Shown here in pieces: positions 51,792 to 64,000 of a DNA stretch of 64,000 nt. The position numbers and the translations under genes are program-made. The notes beneath the pieces were generated by a model. The model did no database searches, was not told the DNA's origin, and saw only the letters and a program-made list of their open reading frames with translations. The DNA comes from Lingula anatina. Lineage: Eukaryota; Animalia; Brachiopoda. Location of the stretch: positions 10,230,001-10,294,000 of the forward strand of contig CM120646.1 in assembly GCA_051362555.1 (NCBI GenBank). Reading direction: 5' to 3'. How positions within the stretch are numbered: position 1 is the stretch's first letter; every line of letters begins with the position of its first letter.

Positions 51792-52882
51792 TGTGTGTGT
51801 TTGCATGTACACACTCAAAAAGTATTGTTGTGAGCTTTTTCAAAGAACTTTTTATGAGGTGAAATGATTAATTCAGCAGAAAGCTTTGAAATTCTTATTT
51901 CATTTTGTATGTAAGCATATTTAATCTTAATTTGTGTATGTGTGTGCAGGCACATACTCAAAAATTATTGTTGTGGGGCCCTTCGAAATAACTTTTTGTT
52001 AGGTGAAATAATGAATTCACTTTATAAAAGTACCATGATTTCACCAGCGGAAAGTTTTATAATAAAATCACTTGTTATTTTTAGCCTTATCAAATCTTAA
52101 GTCCATTTTAAAGGCATCTAAATGTTGATTAAAAAGTATTTCCTCACTGCAGCTGAGTTTTTCAAGGAATATGCGAGACGAGAGTTCGCTAAAAACGTTG
52201 AGTTTGACGTTGAAGATAAAACATTAGTGTGCGACCGGCCATCCTTTTCCCTGGTGGCACAAAGCGAGGATCAATGGCAGCTCCCTGTTCTCACTCCAGA
52301 GACCCCGTACATCAGACCACACCTCCTTTGTCATAACTTGCGGTAGGTAAACGCTATATGTCTTAATGTGGGTAAGATGCGTATATCTGAATATGCAATT
52401 TTTCATTTTTGGTGAGTCAAAGCTTGCATGTTAAAATTTTTCATATTGTCCACTTTGCACTTACTCATGGCGTTGACTCAGGTACATAACAGTTACATGT
52501 AGGGCAGCATTCCTTGTGCAATAACTCTATGTTGTTTAATAAAAAAATAAATAAATAATAGTTCAGGTGTATGTTTTATCTGTTTTATACGTCTTATGAA
52601 TGCAAGCCTGAATACAGCAACACCTATCAACTGATTTATAAATGATAAAAGCATCTTGCTGGGTAATTCCAAATGTTCCATGTGTTCTCCAGTTTGACAA
52701 CTGCCGGTGCCGTTGGAGGTACCCTCACTGAGACCGACTTTGCCGCGCTCTGCCGCAGATTGGTCAATAAGTTGAGGGATGGAAACCCGAGTTTTTTTAC
52801 TGATGCCAAGTTTAGCAATATGGGCGTCGTAGACAAAGGGTTTGTTGTAAGTATCTGCAAAATCACTATTGCGTGGAAATAA
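50831..52882 (+). CDS. Uncharacterised secreted cysteine-containing protein, 4 exons, ~205 aa
   Basis: Exons 50831-50860, 51188-51395, 52153-52342 and 52693-52882 join GT-AG with phases 0/1/2 into one stop-free frame. Signal-peptide-like MEPIQVVVLVALFVSADG, 10 Cys, TATATAA at ~50744, AATAAA at ~53152. No family recognised. Confidence 0.75.
51471..51756. mobile_element. hAT-like MITE (CAGKGGCGGAT family) in intron 2 of the orphan secreted gene
   Basis: CAGGGGCGGATA...TAATCCGCCAGTG termini with poly-G/poly-C subterminal tracts. Confidence 0.65.
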
Positions 52883-53958
52883 AATTGAGTGATTGCAATC
52901 GGCCCATTTGCAAAATGCGTTCATTTTCTAGACAATAGGAATATGCTTAGACCTAAAAATTGCTGATAACACAAGTATAAAAATACTGTATGGACTATAT
53001 ATGTATGGCATGGATTTATATGTACGTGCTTTGACTGTCATTTTTTAAGTGTTCAAACGTTTATTCCTTGTGTTCTGTTGGAAAGATATCTATTGCTTAA
53101 AGCAAATGTATGGCACGTTGTTTGACTTCTGTGTCGGTATATACATGGTAAAATAAAAGTACAAACGGATTTAGAATATGCAAACTTGTATATGCAAACT
53201 TGTATATGTATCATTTTCATTTACCTCGCTTAAATGTTGTACAATAATGGTGTTCTGTAAAATTTTAAACTATGTTCTTTTTTTAAATTGTCCCATGTTA
53301 GACTGCATCCACCGCCACTGCCACAACAAAACTGTTCTGCTTCAAGAAAAGAGGAGTGTGGGAAGACTGCAGAGACCAGTCTCGACGTCAGGCGTCCAGT
53401 CTGAACTGCAGGCTATTCGTAAAGTCCATCGCGGCCTTTATGGAGTAGATTTGATTCATATTTCATGTTCAAATGCTGTTAAAACTGATACATTTGCTAG
53501 CATGACATCAAAACGTCGATATTAGGGTGCTATATACCATATGTAATGCAAACAGCTCATGTAGTGTACGCAAAAAATTAATAAATAATCTCACAAAGAA
53601 AACACATTATTTCGTCTTAATTTATATAATTCTGACAAACGCGTCCATCACAGTGAAAATCGTAATACACCGGTATAATGAAACGCTTTCTAAACATACA
53701 ATTGCAATTATCATAGTTCTGCCAGTAGTGGCCCTGATTGCGTTTGTTGAGAAATTTTCTCAACTACGACAACGATGCTCAAACATTCGTGCAGTTCAAT
53801 AGCCGTGACTGTAGATGACGAAGCCTCTAGGAATAGCTTAAGGTTAGTAAAATCAAGTAATTTTGTCGTCGCACGGGTGACCTACCATGTATTCTTTGGT
53901 ACTAATCTAGAACACTCCCATTGGGACGGTAGGTTTGTTGCAGCATATTACTTTTAGC

Positions 53959-54264
53959 ATGGCGTCATCATCGGTTCTGACTCTCGCATTATACTGTATA
54001 TCTGCCGCGGCGGCCCAGCCTCAAGTTACCACGAAAAATGGTGTGATACAAGGACTTGTGAAAACAGTAGCGGGGCATTCTGTGAATCAGTTTTTAGGGA
54101 TTCCTTTTGCTGAACCACCTGTAGGAGCTCTGAGGTTTATGAAACCACAGCCGCCCTCTAACTGGACTGGGGTTAAGCAGACCACCGCTTTCGGTGCGGC
54201 GTGCATGCAGAATACCACTGACAGGACTGTCTTCATTCCTTACAATGTTCAGGTATTTAGACGG

Positions 54265-54318
<54 letters not shown>

Positions 54319-54432
54319 ATGTCTGCTGTTGCATTCGAAAAGTCTTAATTAAAGCTTTTTAACAAAGTTTATGTAATATTTTACCTTAATATTTTACCTC
54401 TTTGGCCACATATTTATATCCCCCCTCAAAAA

Positions 54433-54471
<39 letters not shown>

Positions 54472-57400
54472 AAGTGCCACCCCTTCCGCATTTATGTACT
54501 TTGCTATAAGGGTACCCATAAGTTAAAAATCTACTAAGCAACCGATCATCGTGTAAATTTGGGATGTAGTAATACCTAGCGTGACGCATTGAACGCACTG
54601 AAATATCTGTAACGATCGGTTAGCATATTTAACGTTTGCCTAACGTTTGATTATCGTTTGGAAAACATATCCTAACGCTTTGCGATCTGTCGTATAAATA
54701 AAGTGCCATTTTCATCATAGATTTACCAGTTGGAGAGGATAGAGGTAGGTCTTTTACAACACCGATTGGATCCAGTTGGCAGTCCACAATTGTTATACTT
54801 TAGTCGAAAAATTAATTATATTACATTCTTGTTAAAACCAGTAATGCACTGTATTTCGTATAAAGGTCAATATCATAAGCTGAACTCCTAAGCTTGGGAT
54901 GTACCCTTTTCTCTCACGTCCACGTCCATGGTACATGTAACGCCAAGCAGTTTTCCCACCCAAACCGGTCATAATTATATATCCTCAAAAATGCATAAAA
55001 GTAATAGTATAATTTCTACGGGTATTAATTGTACCAAGAAAGTCCTTATAACACTTTAACAAAATTGTCAATAGAGAGATAAAAGCACCTTTAAACTGGG
55101 CTTGCTTGCTCAGCGTTCATATCATAATGATGCATTTAAAGTCGATCTGGACTCAAAGACCATGTGAGATTTTTAATTTAAGGGAACAATCAGCTGGAAA
55201 TTGTAAGGTGATAATTGTCGTTGCGTTTAAGAAGTAAAACATGAAAAGGAGAGATTTATGTTGTGTTTGCCAGAATCAAGGCAGGGGATCCTATGGACTG
55301 GCTATATTTTTCGACAGAATCATACGGTAGTGCCACGAAATCACAACAACACCCGTAAGTTCAAAAGTTCGCACGGGCGTAGGGCCTAAGTGTGATTGAG
55401 GGAAAGTGTGAACAATGATGCTTTTTGTTAAATGTTTTGATTAGTTAAACTTTTTGAACGTGACATTAATAGACAGCAGCGTTAACTATTTACTTATAAT
55501 TTTTTTCACCCCAGCTGTCTGAAGACTGTCTAACCCTGAATGTGTTTGTCCCGGGGACTGTGAGTAACACTAACAGGAAGGCGGTAATGGTCTGGATACA
55601 CGGCGGGGCTTTCACCATCGGAGGAACCAGTATCTACCTTTTTAATGAATTTGGTACGTCATAGTGTTCGATATTTTGGTAAACTCTAATTTTCAAACTC
55701 TATAACTCGTGCAGTTCGTATGGCAAGTTATGGACAAAAAACGATTCCAGTCAGTGACAGAAAAGAGAATTGGACTAAAACAGGACGATTCTCAGACCGC
55801 ATGCATAACAGATGCATTTAATTATATTAAAAATTCAGAAATATCTTCTTTGTCATTAGTGGTACAAACTGACGTCATCGTGGTATCGGTCAACTACCGC
55901 CTGGGTCCATTTGGATTTTTGACCACTGGTGACGTCAACGCTCCTGGTAACGCTGGACTTTGGGATCTAATAGAGGGACTCAAATGGGTGCAAGACAACA
56001 TAGAAAACTTTGGGGGAAACCCTAAAAAGTACGTGCTTAATCTCTGGTAGATACATGTAGGCGAGACACGTAGTGAGCCAATGTAAAGCAAACGCAATCG
56101 TTACATAGTAGTTACGTTCTTCAAATACGATTAATTATAATATGTACAAAGTTATTGTAAGCTCAAAATGCATTTATTTAACATATAAAAGCACAAACAG
56201 TAATATACCTAACATATATCTACATTTACATAAAATATCGCATTGAAATTTGAACCTAATACGTGGGAGAGTGAGACAAAACAGACGAGACCGACCACTC
56301 ACAAGTCACTGGCGTCTTATAAAGGCCAGTGTACTGGTAGTGAGACATACATGTACAAAACAAAAATATTTCTAGTAGAAAAATAATCTCATTCTCATTA
56401 TCTGTAAATAATATAATATTTAATCCACATGTAAAACGGATATCATTTATACCGAAGGGGAAAAATGCTAAGTAACGTGTACTCAATTGGTTGTTTCCTA
56501 CATTGTATATGTAATTTGGTGGATCTTTAAGTAAAATGTGAGTCAGTCTTTTTAAGTAACACTTTAAACAATCGATCGAAATTTAATGAAAAAAGTGTCG
56601 ACTTATTGCATGTATCTAAATTATCATTTCCAGTGTGACTATTTTCGGGGAATCGGCAGGTGGCTGTATCGTTTCACAACTAGCTATGACGGTAGCCTCC
56701 AGGGATCTTTTCCATCGTTTTATATCCATGAGTGGCACCGCGCTAAGTGATTGGGCCTGGGTGAGAGACGGACCTCAGGTCGCTACCAAGGTTGGACAAT
56801 CTCTTGGGTGTAACGCCGCTGCATCGGAAAAGGCAAAATTGGTCGCCTGTCTCCGTGCAACTAATGCAACCTCGTTGCTCAGAGCGTCCGACCAGTCAAT
56901 GTTCCCAGGACGTAACTCATACCCTTTTGGACCTGTCGTCGATGGCGACATGTTTCCTCTTCCTGTGGTGGAAATGTTGAAAGATATCAACTCAACTGTT
57001 ATGAAAAACTTTTTCTCGTTGGATTACATGGGTGGATTTACGGATTCTGATGGAGGAGTCAACCATTTTTTCCCAACTATCAACATCACCTTTGGTGTGC
57101 CGCCCACCTATATGAGGGACACCCTGATTCCTCAGTTTGCTGCCGGTGCGTCCGTCTATCACAAAGATGAAATTGCACAGAAACTGAGAGAAGTTTACTA
57201 CGATGCAAATGCCGACATGGAAAGGACTGGACGTCTAATGGTCAACCTGTATACTGATACCCTTTTTTCTGTGCCCACAGTTGGTTTTCTCAGAAGTCAT
57301 CTTTTAGCGCCCGGTGGCTCCACCTTTCTTTACTATTTCACCAAGGAGCCGTCATTCCCGCATCTCCTACCCGTACCAGACTGGTTTAAGGGGGTGAACC

Positions 57401-58004
57401 ACGGAGACGATATCGCCTTCATGTTAGGACCTGATAGTGCTGCTCAATTCAACTCTAACTTGACAGGAATAGAGGGGAACACATCCAGAGCTTTTATGAC
57501 CTATTTGGCAAACTTTGCAAAAACTGGGTAAGCTTGAATACCTAAACGTTAAAGATGTATAGATGTGTGTATCTACTTCTGCTGGATATTTTTCACACTT
57601 TTTCTTGGATTAAGGAATTTATGGTAATCAGCAAAATGAGACAAGACTATTAATATTATGTATAATAATAATTAAAATAAGCGATTCTAGTGCGTACAAC
57701 TTACGCTTTGCAATATTTGTAACATTCCAGAAACCCTAACACCCCTGATACTGTTCCAAGTCCATGGCCGGAGTATACGTATACGAGGGAAGAATATCTA
57801 GACATCGGTGACGTCATCATCAATAAAACTGACGTCATACCACGGCGCATTAACCTGTGGTTAGACACCATCCCTGCGATACTCGCCAGGCCCACCACTT
57901 CCGCTCCGTCCACGACGCCGGTGGCTAGTGAAGGTAGCCTAGTCCAGTTGAGCACCATGCTTGCCATCCTTATCATGTTAAACGCCTCGAAGTTACTTAA
58001 TTGA
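53959..58004 (+). CDS. Type-B carboxylesterase/lipase (cholinesterase-like fold), secreted, probably GPI-anchored, 5 exons
   Basis: Exons: 53959-54252 (signal peptide, [15 protein letters not shown]), 55515-55653 ([18 protein letters not shown]), 55860-56028 (VNYRLG.FGF, GNAGL.D..L.WV..NI..FGG.P), 56634-57527 ([26 protein letters not shown]), 57731-58004 (NPN..WP.Y, S/T/P stalk, hydrophobic tail). Confidence 0.94.
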
Positions 58005-59208
58005 AGGCATCCCTTTTCCTGCTTTATCATATTACCGTGGTTCTGTATCCATGTGTAAAAATAACGTTAAAGAAAATGCCTTGCCCAAAGGACATCTTTT
58101 TATATACAGTGTTTGATTCCTACTCCCTGTGAACAGTAAGTACATTGTAGCTTTAGGTTGGCTTTGTGATATAGTGTGTATACGCATGTATTTTGCACTT
58201 TGTCTGAAGAAACATAATTAATCTGCGGTCCTGGTAGGGATAACTGCAGCTGTGGTGTAGGCAAGGACTCTCCAGTTGATAGTCCACATTCTTTTTAATA
58301 CTACCGTGTAACTACCACCTTTACTGCTTTCCAGCTTCTTAGTTACGGCCCAAGTTTGTGGTCCGTTTTGAAAAATCCTCACTACGCAAACTTTTATGAA
58401 TTTTATGGTTATGTCTGAACATTTACTGGATTTTAGACTAAAACAGATAAATAAATAAATTTATTATTATTATTTTATTATTATTGTTATTATATATTTA
58501 GCGTGAACACTGAATAAAACACACTGGGTGGTAAATTTTTGTGATAGGAAATCGGGGATAAAAAGACAATTTGTTAGATTTTAGACTAAAGTTTTTAAAA
58601 GTTTTTTTTTTTATTTTTTGGCCTAGCCACACCACACCACACCTACATTGTACAGAAACGAATCATTTGGGCTCCCAAGGGGACCTTACGTTAATTAAGC
58701 TTATAATATGTTATACTCATTAACAAGCAAGATAATCGAATGTCACAGTCTAGGAGAGACAAAGCAAAGTCCCGCTGCACTAGGACGTGTTCTGGAATAC
58801 CAACACGCTTGTTCATGTCGCCTGTTTGCTGGGGTTGAAAGCCCAACGTTGAATTCTTGGAGAAACAGACTGTCAATTTCCTCTACACTGATATAGTTTG
58901 ACTTCTAGTCAGATGGTGGTCTTTGACATCAAACGATGCCGACCAAAAATGAAATGGTTGTTTATGTTTGTTGTTCTTTGTTAACATATATTTCTACATT
59001 AAAATCACACAGGATACCCTAACACAAAGCAATACAGATGCAAAGTTTGCTGTCAAAATCTACAGATCAAATACACCCACAGACGGTTGTCCTCAACCTA
59101 GATAAACTTCTTGAAACTATCAAGTAATACATGTAGTTTTCATAAATTTCGAAACTGAAAGCCTCAATCAGTTTCCCGTCAGGGTCTCAATGACGCCGTT
59201 GTCCTTGA

Positions 59209-59407
59209 CTAGTCAAAGACTCCAAACCCCCCGCTTGAAGAACCGCTGCTGGAGCGACGACGCGCGTGCGGGTCCTGGCGGTTTGCCCGAACATTTTTCT
59301 TCATGTTCCGTCTTATTTCCTCCTTCTTGTCCTTCTCATTCTTCCATTTCTCCTTCTCCTGTTCTCCATGGGTTTTAGGCATGCTGCTGCTGCAAAGACA
59401 GACACAA

Positions 59408-59454
<47 letters not shown>

Positions 59455-60670
59455 AACTGAATGGTGATTGAATGAACAAACAGAAAAGTGAATCGATAAA
59501 TAGCATGAAAAGATAGAAAGCAATAAAAATTCCGTTAACATCTGATTATTCATAGCTGAATTTTAACAATTTACTATTAGTTTATAGAAAACTTAATTGC
59601 TACAAAGACATGCATGCGCAAGCACACGCACACATGCTCCAGACACATGCACTAACGAAAAAGAAAGCGTGCACACTTATGCAAACGCACGCAGGGAGTC
59701 ATCTTCACAAATAGTCGAATATTCCGCAAAAATTAACATATATGAATTGTGACCTTTTCATATCCGCCTCACTCGCCTCACTGTCATATGAATATTCTGA
59801 TCTTTCTATTACACTGTCGTGGATGGTTCAGTAATTTTGTGTGAATGTCATTTGTATGCTAATAGTTAATGTGGTTAGTTACAAAGAATACTCTCAACGC
59901 ATTCTGTATATATCCATGAGCTCATATACCGTTATCTCGTAGGCCTATTAACTTTTTCCTCATTACATGAATCATTTTAATGGGTGCCCGGTAGACGGGT
60001 TTATTAATTCCCCATCAAGTGAAGTAATCAAATTCAGTATTGTAGACAGATTAAAGTGAACACCCTTAAATGCCCTTCAGGGGACTATAATTTCACACTA
60101 CCTAGGCATTGGTCCTTTTATAAAAATTGCCAAAATTAAATCACAGCCCAATTTTTAATGTTTACCGGTGGGATCTATGGGTCACCTAGAACCCCCTCCC
60201 TGGACCCCCTCTTCGTGAACTATTCTTCGCCCTCGTTTCGACACATTTTCTTAACAAATCGCAATCATTTCAGAATTTTCTAAATTTCGGAGTTTTTGAC
60301 TGAACGGTGCATTCTGCACGGAAGAGTCGGGAGCGACGCGTTTGACACAAACGCGACAAGTTCCTGACGTGTCCTCTCTGTGCCTGTAAACTCACTGCTT
60401 GGTGACCCACTTTATTTGACTACCCTCTACCAGGATATCAGGTAATTATGTGCACTTTTCTCTGACACAGTGCAGAAAAGTATCATCATTCATCTGTATA
60501 TTAAAATCAATCTGTGTTTCTGATAAAGCGTACACTTTGACGGGGGTACGTGTAGCTACTCAATCTTTCCCAGTGACCTTGGGTCATCGCTACACAGGTT
60601 CTCACCTCGAAATTCAGGTCTGAAGTGAGCCATCTTCCTCGTCCCTAGCTTTCAGTCTACATATATGTAC

Positions 60671-60702
<32 letters not shown>

Positions 60703-60927
60703 AAAAGCTTGAAAGATCAAAAACTATCCCATGTGGCATCTAAAATTCAGGGGCCGGGTGTCAGGTCAGATGTGACACCGATGACTCGAGATGCCGCATA
60801 CTCCACCTGTAGTTTAACCCGACACTTATGCACGAGTCGGCCCTAGAACCTGGCTATCATTAACCCATAATAAACCCATACATTGATATCAAATAAGCTA
60901 GAACACTTACGAATAACGGTCCGACAT
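59209..60927 (-). CDS. Uncharacterised small basic protein, 2 exons, 65 aa (57 aa from the second ATG)
   Basis: Exon 60911-60927 (ATG TCG GAC CGT TAT TC|gtaagt) joins in frame to 59209-59389 (tctttgcag|). Product: MSDRYSSSMPKTHGEQEKEKWKNEKDKKEEIRRNMKKNVRANRQDPHARRRSSSGSSSGGFGVFD*. The exon is GC-rich and coding-like in AT-rich surroundings. Confidence 0.6.
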
Positions 60928-62354
60928 GTTTGAGTGTCGTCGAAGTGGTCCTTGCTTAAATCTTTTCACTTTTTGAGATGGATTTGATCTATCAGTGTGT
61001 CTCTGTACTTGTCAGTGTGGTGCAATATTTGCTCAACATGCTTCGTTTTTTTTCTTTTTTTTTGTAGGGGCCTGCGAGGGTAAGGGCATTTATGAAAAAA
61101 AAATGTGTGTCATCCGAGTGTGTATAGAAAAATTAAGTGGGTTCATATTTTAATGTCTACGATGTCAACGTTAAAACGTCTACGATCTAAATAAATGTTT
61201 CAAAATAAACGCCTTTGCATGCGTGCCCCTTTTAATACCACATATTTCACGTAACTGAACCCTCCCCCTCTCTCTCGGTCGCTCCCTCGCTCGAATTCTT
61301 ATACATCTTGAAAAAAATTAACATCAGGAACCTCTCACGACTACAGCAGAAAAGAGGGCGGACAACACCTTGCGGGCACGGCAAGTTGGTGACACACACA
61401 GGTGGATGACAGCCAGACTGCAAGGGTGCGTTCACACTAACCTAAAGTAACCCGACCAAACGACGTTTTCCCCATTGACAGTACTCATTACTGAAATGCG
61501 CCCGTTCATGTCAGGTGTTCCAACAATGGAAAAAAGTTGGTTGCACATAACCGCCCAACCCCCCAAAATATAACCAAAACCAGTTAAAATTGCTGCTAGC
61601 AACCCAATACTGTAACTCTCTGCCGCATAATGGCATTCATATATAAATATATGCATTATCCTAAAACGGCTGGTTTAAGGTCGAGTTTGAGAGTGAAGAG
61701 AGCAAGCAACAATCCCTTAGCTAAGACTATTTTTATTTACGCAGACATCAGTCCCTCCAACTTAAAAGATTATACAGAGGGTGTTAATAGAGAGAAAAAT
61801 ATATATATTGAACGTTGCATTTTTGTTATGAAAAGGCAGAAATATGAACTACCGACACATCCCCAAGTGGTCCAATGACTAGTTCACAGGTACAAGTGCC
61901 AACTGGAATTGAATTCACACAGGAATAAATAAAACAAGATCAGAAGCGTAATTCTCTCTGATGTATATTGAACCCTTCGATAACCCGTTTTATCCCTGTC
62001 TGCGTGAACACCAAACTGGCGTCGCTAATAACTTGGTTCTACTCCGACATTCACGTGCACAGGTAATGAAACTAATTTTCAAAACTTCTAAAAAAAAATT
62101 AAATGCCCCTCGAAGTGATAAACAGAGATCTAGCCTGTCAGACATTCCTTTCTGTTAAGGGTACATAAATGTCAACCAACAATAGTCGACTGTTAGTAAA
62201 AACATCAAAGAGCCATGGGGCAGTTGCTCCTTTAAGTGATTATTTTACGAACAAGGAGAGGAGATGGTCATGCATGTTATTCATTATTAAAGGCCATTCA
62301 TTTCAACACCGGTTGATTCTATTTCTTTCATAAATTATTATCCCTTCTTGACAC

Positions 62355-62498
62355 TACCCTCTACCAGGGTGACAGATTGATTTTTCACAGATATTCACAG
62401 ATATGTCTCTAGATAAATAGACAGTCATTTTGGTCTGAGTCAGCCGCCTCAACAAAAATGTCCACAATAATAACTGCGACCCCTGTATTTGGAAGAGG
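62355..62498. mobile_element. Uninterrupted copy of the TACCCTCTACCAG MITE
   Basis: Matches 43923-43971 joined to 45429-45530. A further TIR fragment lies at 60421. Confidence 0.75.
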
Positions 62499-63726
62499 AG
62501 GAAGTTCAGGGAGTATACAGGTGTTGTAATCTTTAATTATCTCTAGGTATCTAATTCCCTATCCAAAAAAAAGCTTATTCACTGATATCAGGGTCCTTTT
62601 AAAATACGTACAAAATCACACTGTGGGGCGCTTTCCACATTTAAGTACGTATACCAGACAACTAGCGCACCCCTGTGGTCGGAGAGTGAAAAAAAAGATC
62701 ACATGCCCCCCAACTCTACCACCGCATGCTCTTCATATATTTTATTATGTATTTCTGTGTTTAGTTTTCTAGCTTAATTCTGCTGTTAAGAGTACGATTA
62801 GCAATCGATATATGCGATCGCAGAGGTTTAAAACATTGCCGTCCATGTACAGTAGTTCTGCAATCTATAGCACATGCAAAGTAATTTGTCGGATTTTATT
62901 TATTTATTTATTTTTTTTATTATTATTATTTTTTTTTTTTTTGTTAGAATCCGGTGTGGTAGAATTTCATATCCTCGGGAAGAAAACCACAGTACCAAAT
63001 GGTGCGATGTGGGAAGATTTTGACTAACGTTAAAGGGGAAGAAAATACAAAAGTTTAGAGACATACCAAGTAAGAGCCAAGAGAATTCTGATCATTCTGT
63101 GACATTTATGATAACACTACTGGCAATAAGTCAACGATTTATTTCAAATACACGAGTCTTATATAGTTCTCTAAATTAACCTGTTGTATAATTACTGAAA
63201 CAACTCATCAATGTAAAAAAACTTAATGACTTGATTAATTACTTATTTAAAGCAATATGTTGGAGGTTTCAATGTTTGGAGGAGAAACAATATCAAAAAT
63301 TACAGATGTGACCCGCATATAGATCTTCTGTTTTTTGCGCACTAGAGAAAATAATTGAGACATTAAGAGCTAACCTCCTATTCAGCTTCTTATTTACAAA
63401 TGCCTTTAAGGGAAAAACAATACACAAAACGACACACCGCCAGAGTCTCGTCAAGATATTCAGCTGGAGATTTGTGAAACCCTTAGGGGTGAAACTCTCG
63501 TCAATATTCTCCGCAAGCGAGAGTCCCCATGGATGGGATCGTGAGATAGGGAGTGGGAGCAGTAGGCCTACTTGGTGCATGTGTACTACTTATGGTACTG
63601 AATTCAAATTTGAGTTACGAAGAGAACTCTAGCAAGGGATATAGCTAAAACAAAAATATTTTGCTGTTCTAAAACGGATTGAATGATTGAATATGGGTAA
63701 GCTCTCTCTCTCTCTCTCAGACTTAA

Positions 63727-64000
63727 GGCCCAGTCACAATGTCGGCGATCTGTCGGGGATTAGTTTTGGCCGGGGGTCGTCGTAGAAAATAAAGAATCCT
63801 TGAACAATCCTAGCAATAATCCTAATAAAAGTGGAGCAGTCACATTGTCTGAGATTTTTTCAATGATTTTGACCCGGTTTTGTCGAAAAATCGTGGGATT
63901 AGCCTCCGATCGCCTCCGATTGCATCTTCAAAATCTTCTGTCACAGCCTCCTGCAGCAAGAGCGTCTCAAACTTTTAGCGATCCGGTCGGAGGCGCCCTT
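63727..64000. mobile_element. Start of a Harbinger-like non-autonomous element running off the window end
   Basis: TAA followed by a GGCCCAGTCACA terminus and a CpG-rich internal sequence. The other TIR is outside the window. Confidence 0.4.

Noticed and set aside
52493-52924. 143-aa minus-strand ORF
   Set aside because: Antisense shadow of exon 4 of the orphan secreted gene.
53959-58004. Acetylcholinesterase or neuroligin call
   Set aside because: It lacks the choline-binding Trp and has Asp in the triad. The catalytic Ser is intact, so it is not a neuroligin.

Overview
AT-rich, intron-rich eukaryotic DNA, most consistent with an invertebrate animal (the repeat types suggest a mollusc or other lophotrochozoan; this is inference). 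I reconstructed six spliced protein-coding genes by hand using GT-AG sites and phase continuity. They are a complete 22-exon SID-1/SIDT transmembrane gene (-, 1090-30888), a divergent 7-exon ETHE1 persulfide dioxygenase (+, 35922-40639), a convergent galactose-3-O-sulfotransferase (-, 42659-46812), an orphan 4-exon secreted Cys-rich protein (+, 50831-52882), a 5-exon type-B carboxylesterase with a Ser-Asp-His triad and GPI-like tail (+, 53959-58004), and an orphan 65-aa basic microprotein (-, 59209-60927). The non-coding DNA holds a decayed Harbinger transposase, several MITEs, a four-level nested transposon stack, and two Penelope-like GIY-YIG remnants with hammerhead-ribozyme-like cores, one forming a long inverted repeat just downstream of the sulfotransferase stop. 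It also holds a recurring family of 26-34 bp palindromic insertions flanked by 7-bp target-site duplications, one with an exact empty-site paralog in the window. Most ORFs in the supplied track are spurious or exon fragments. All family assignments are from recalled motifs, not database searches.
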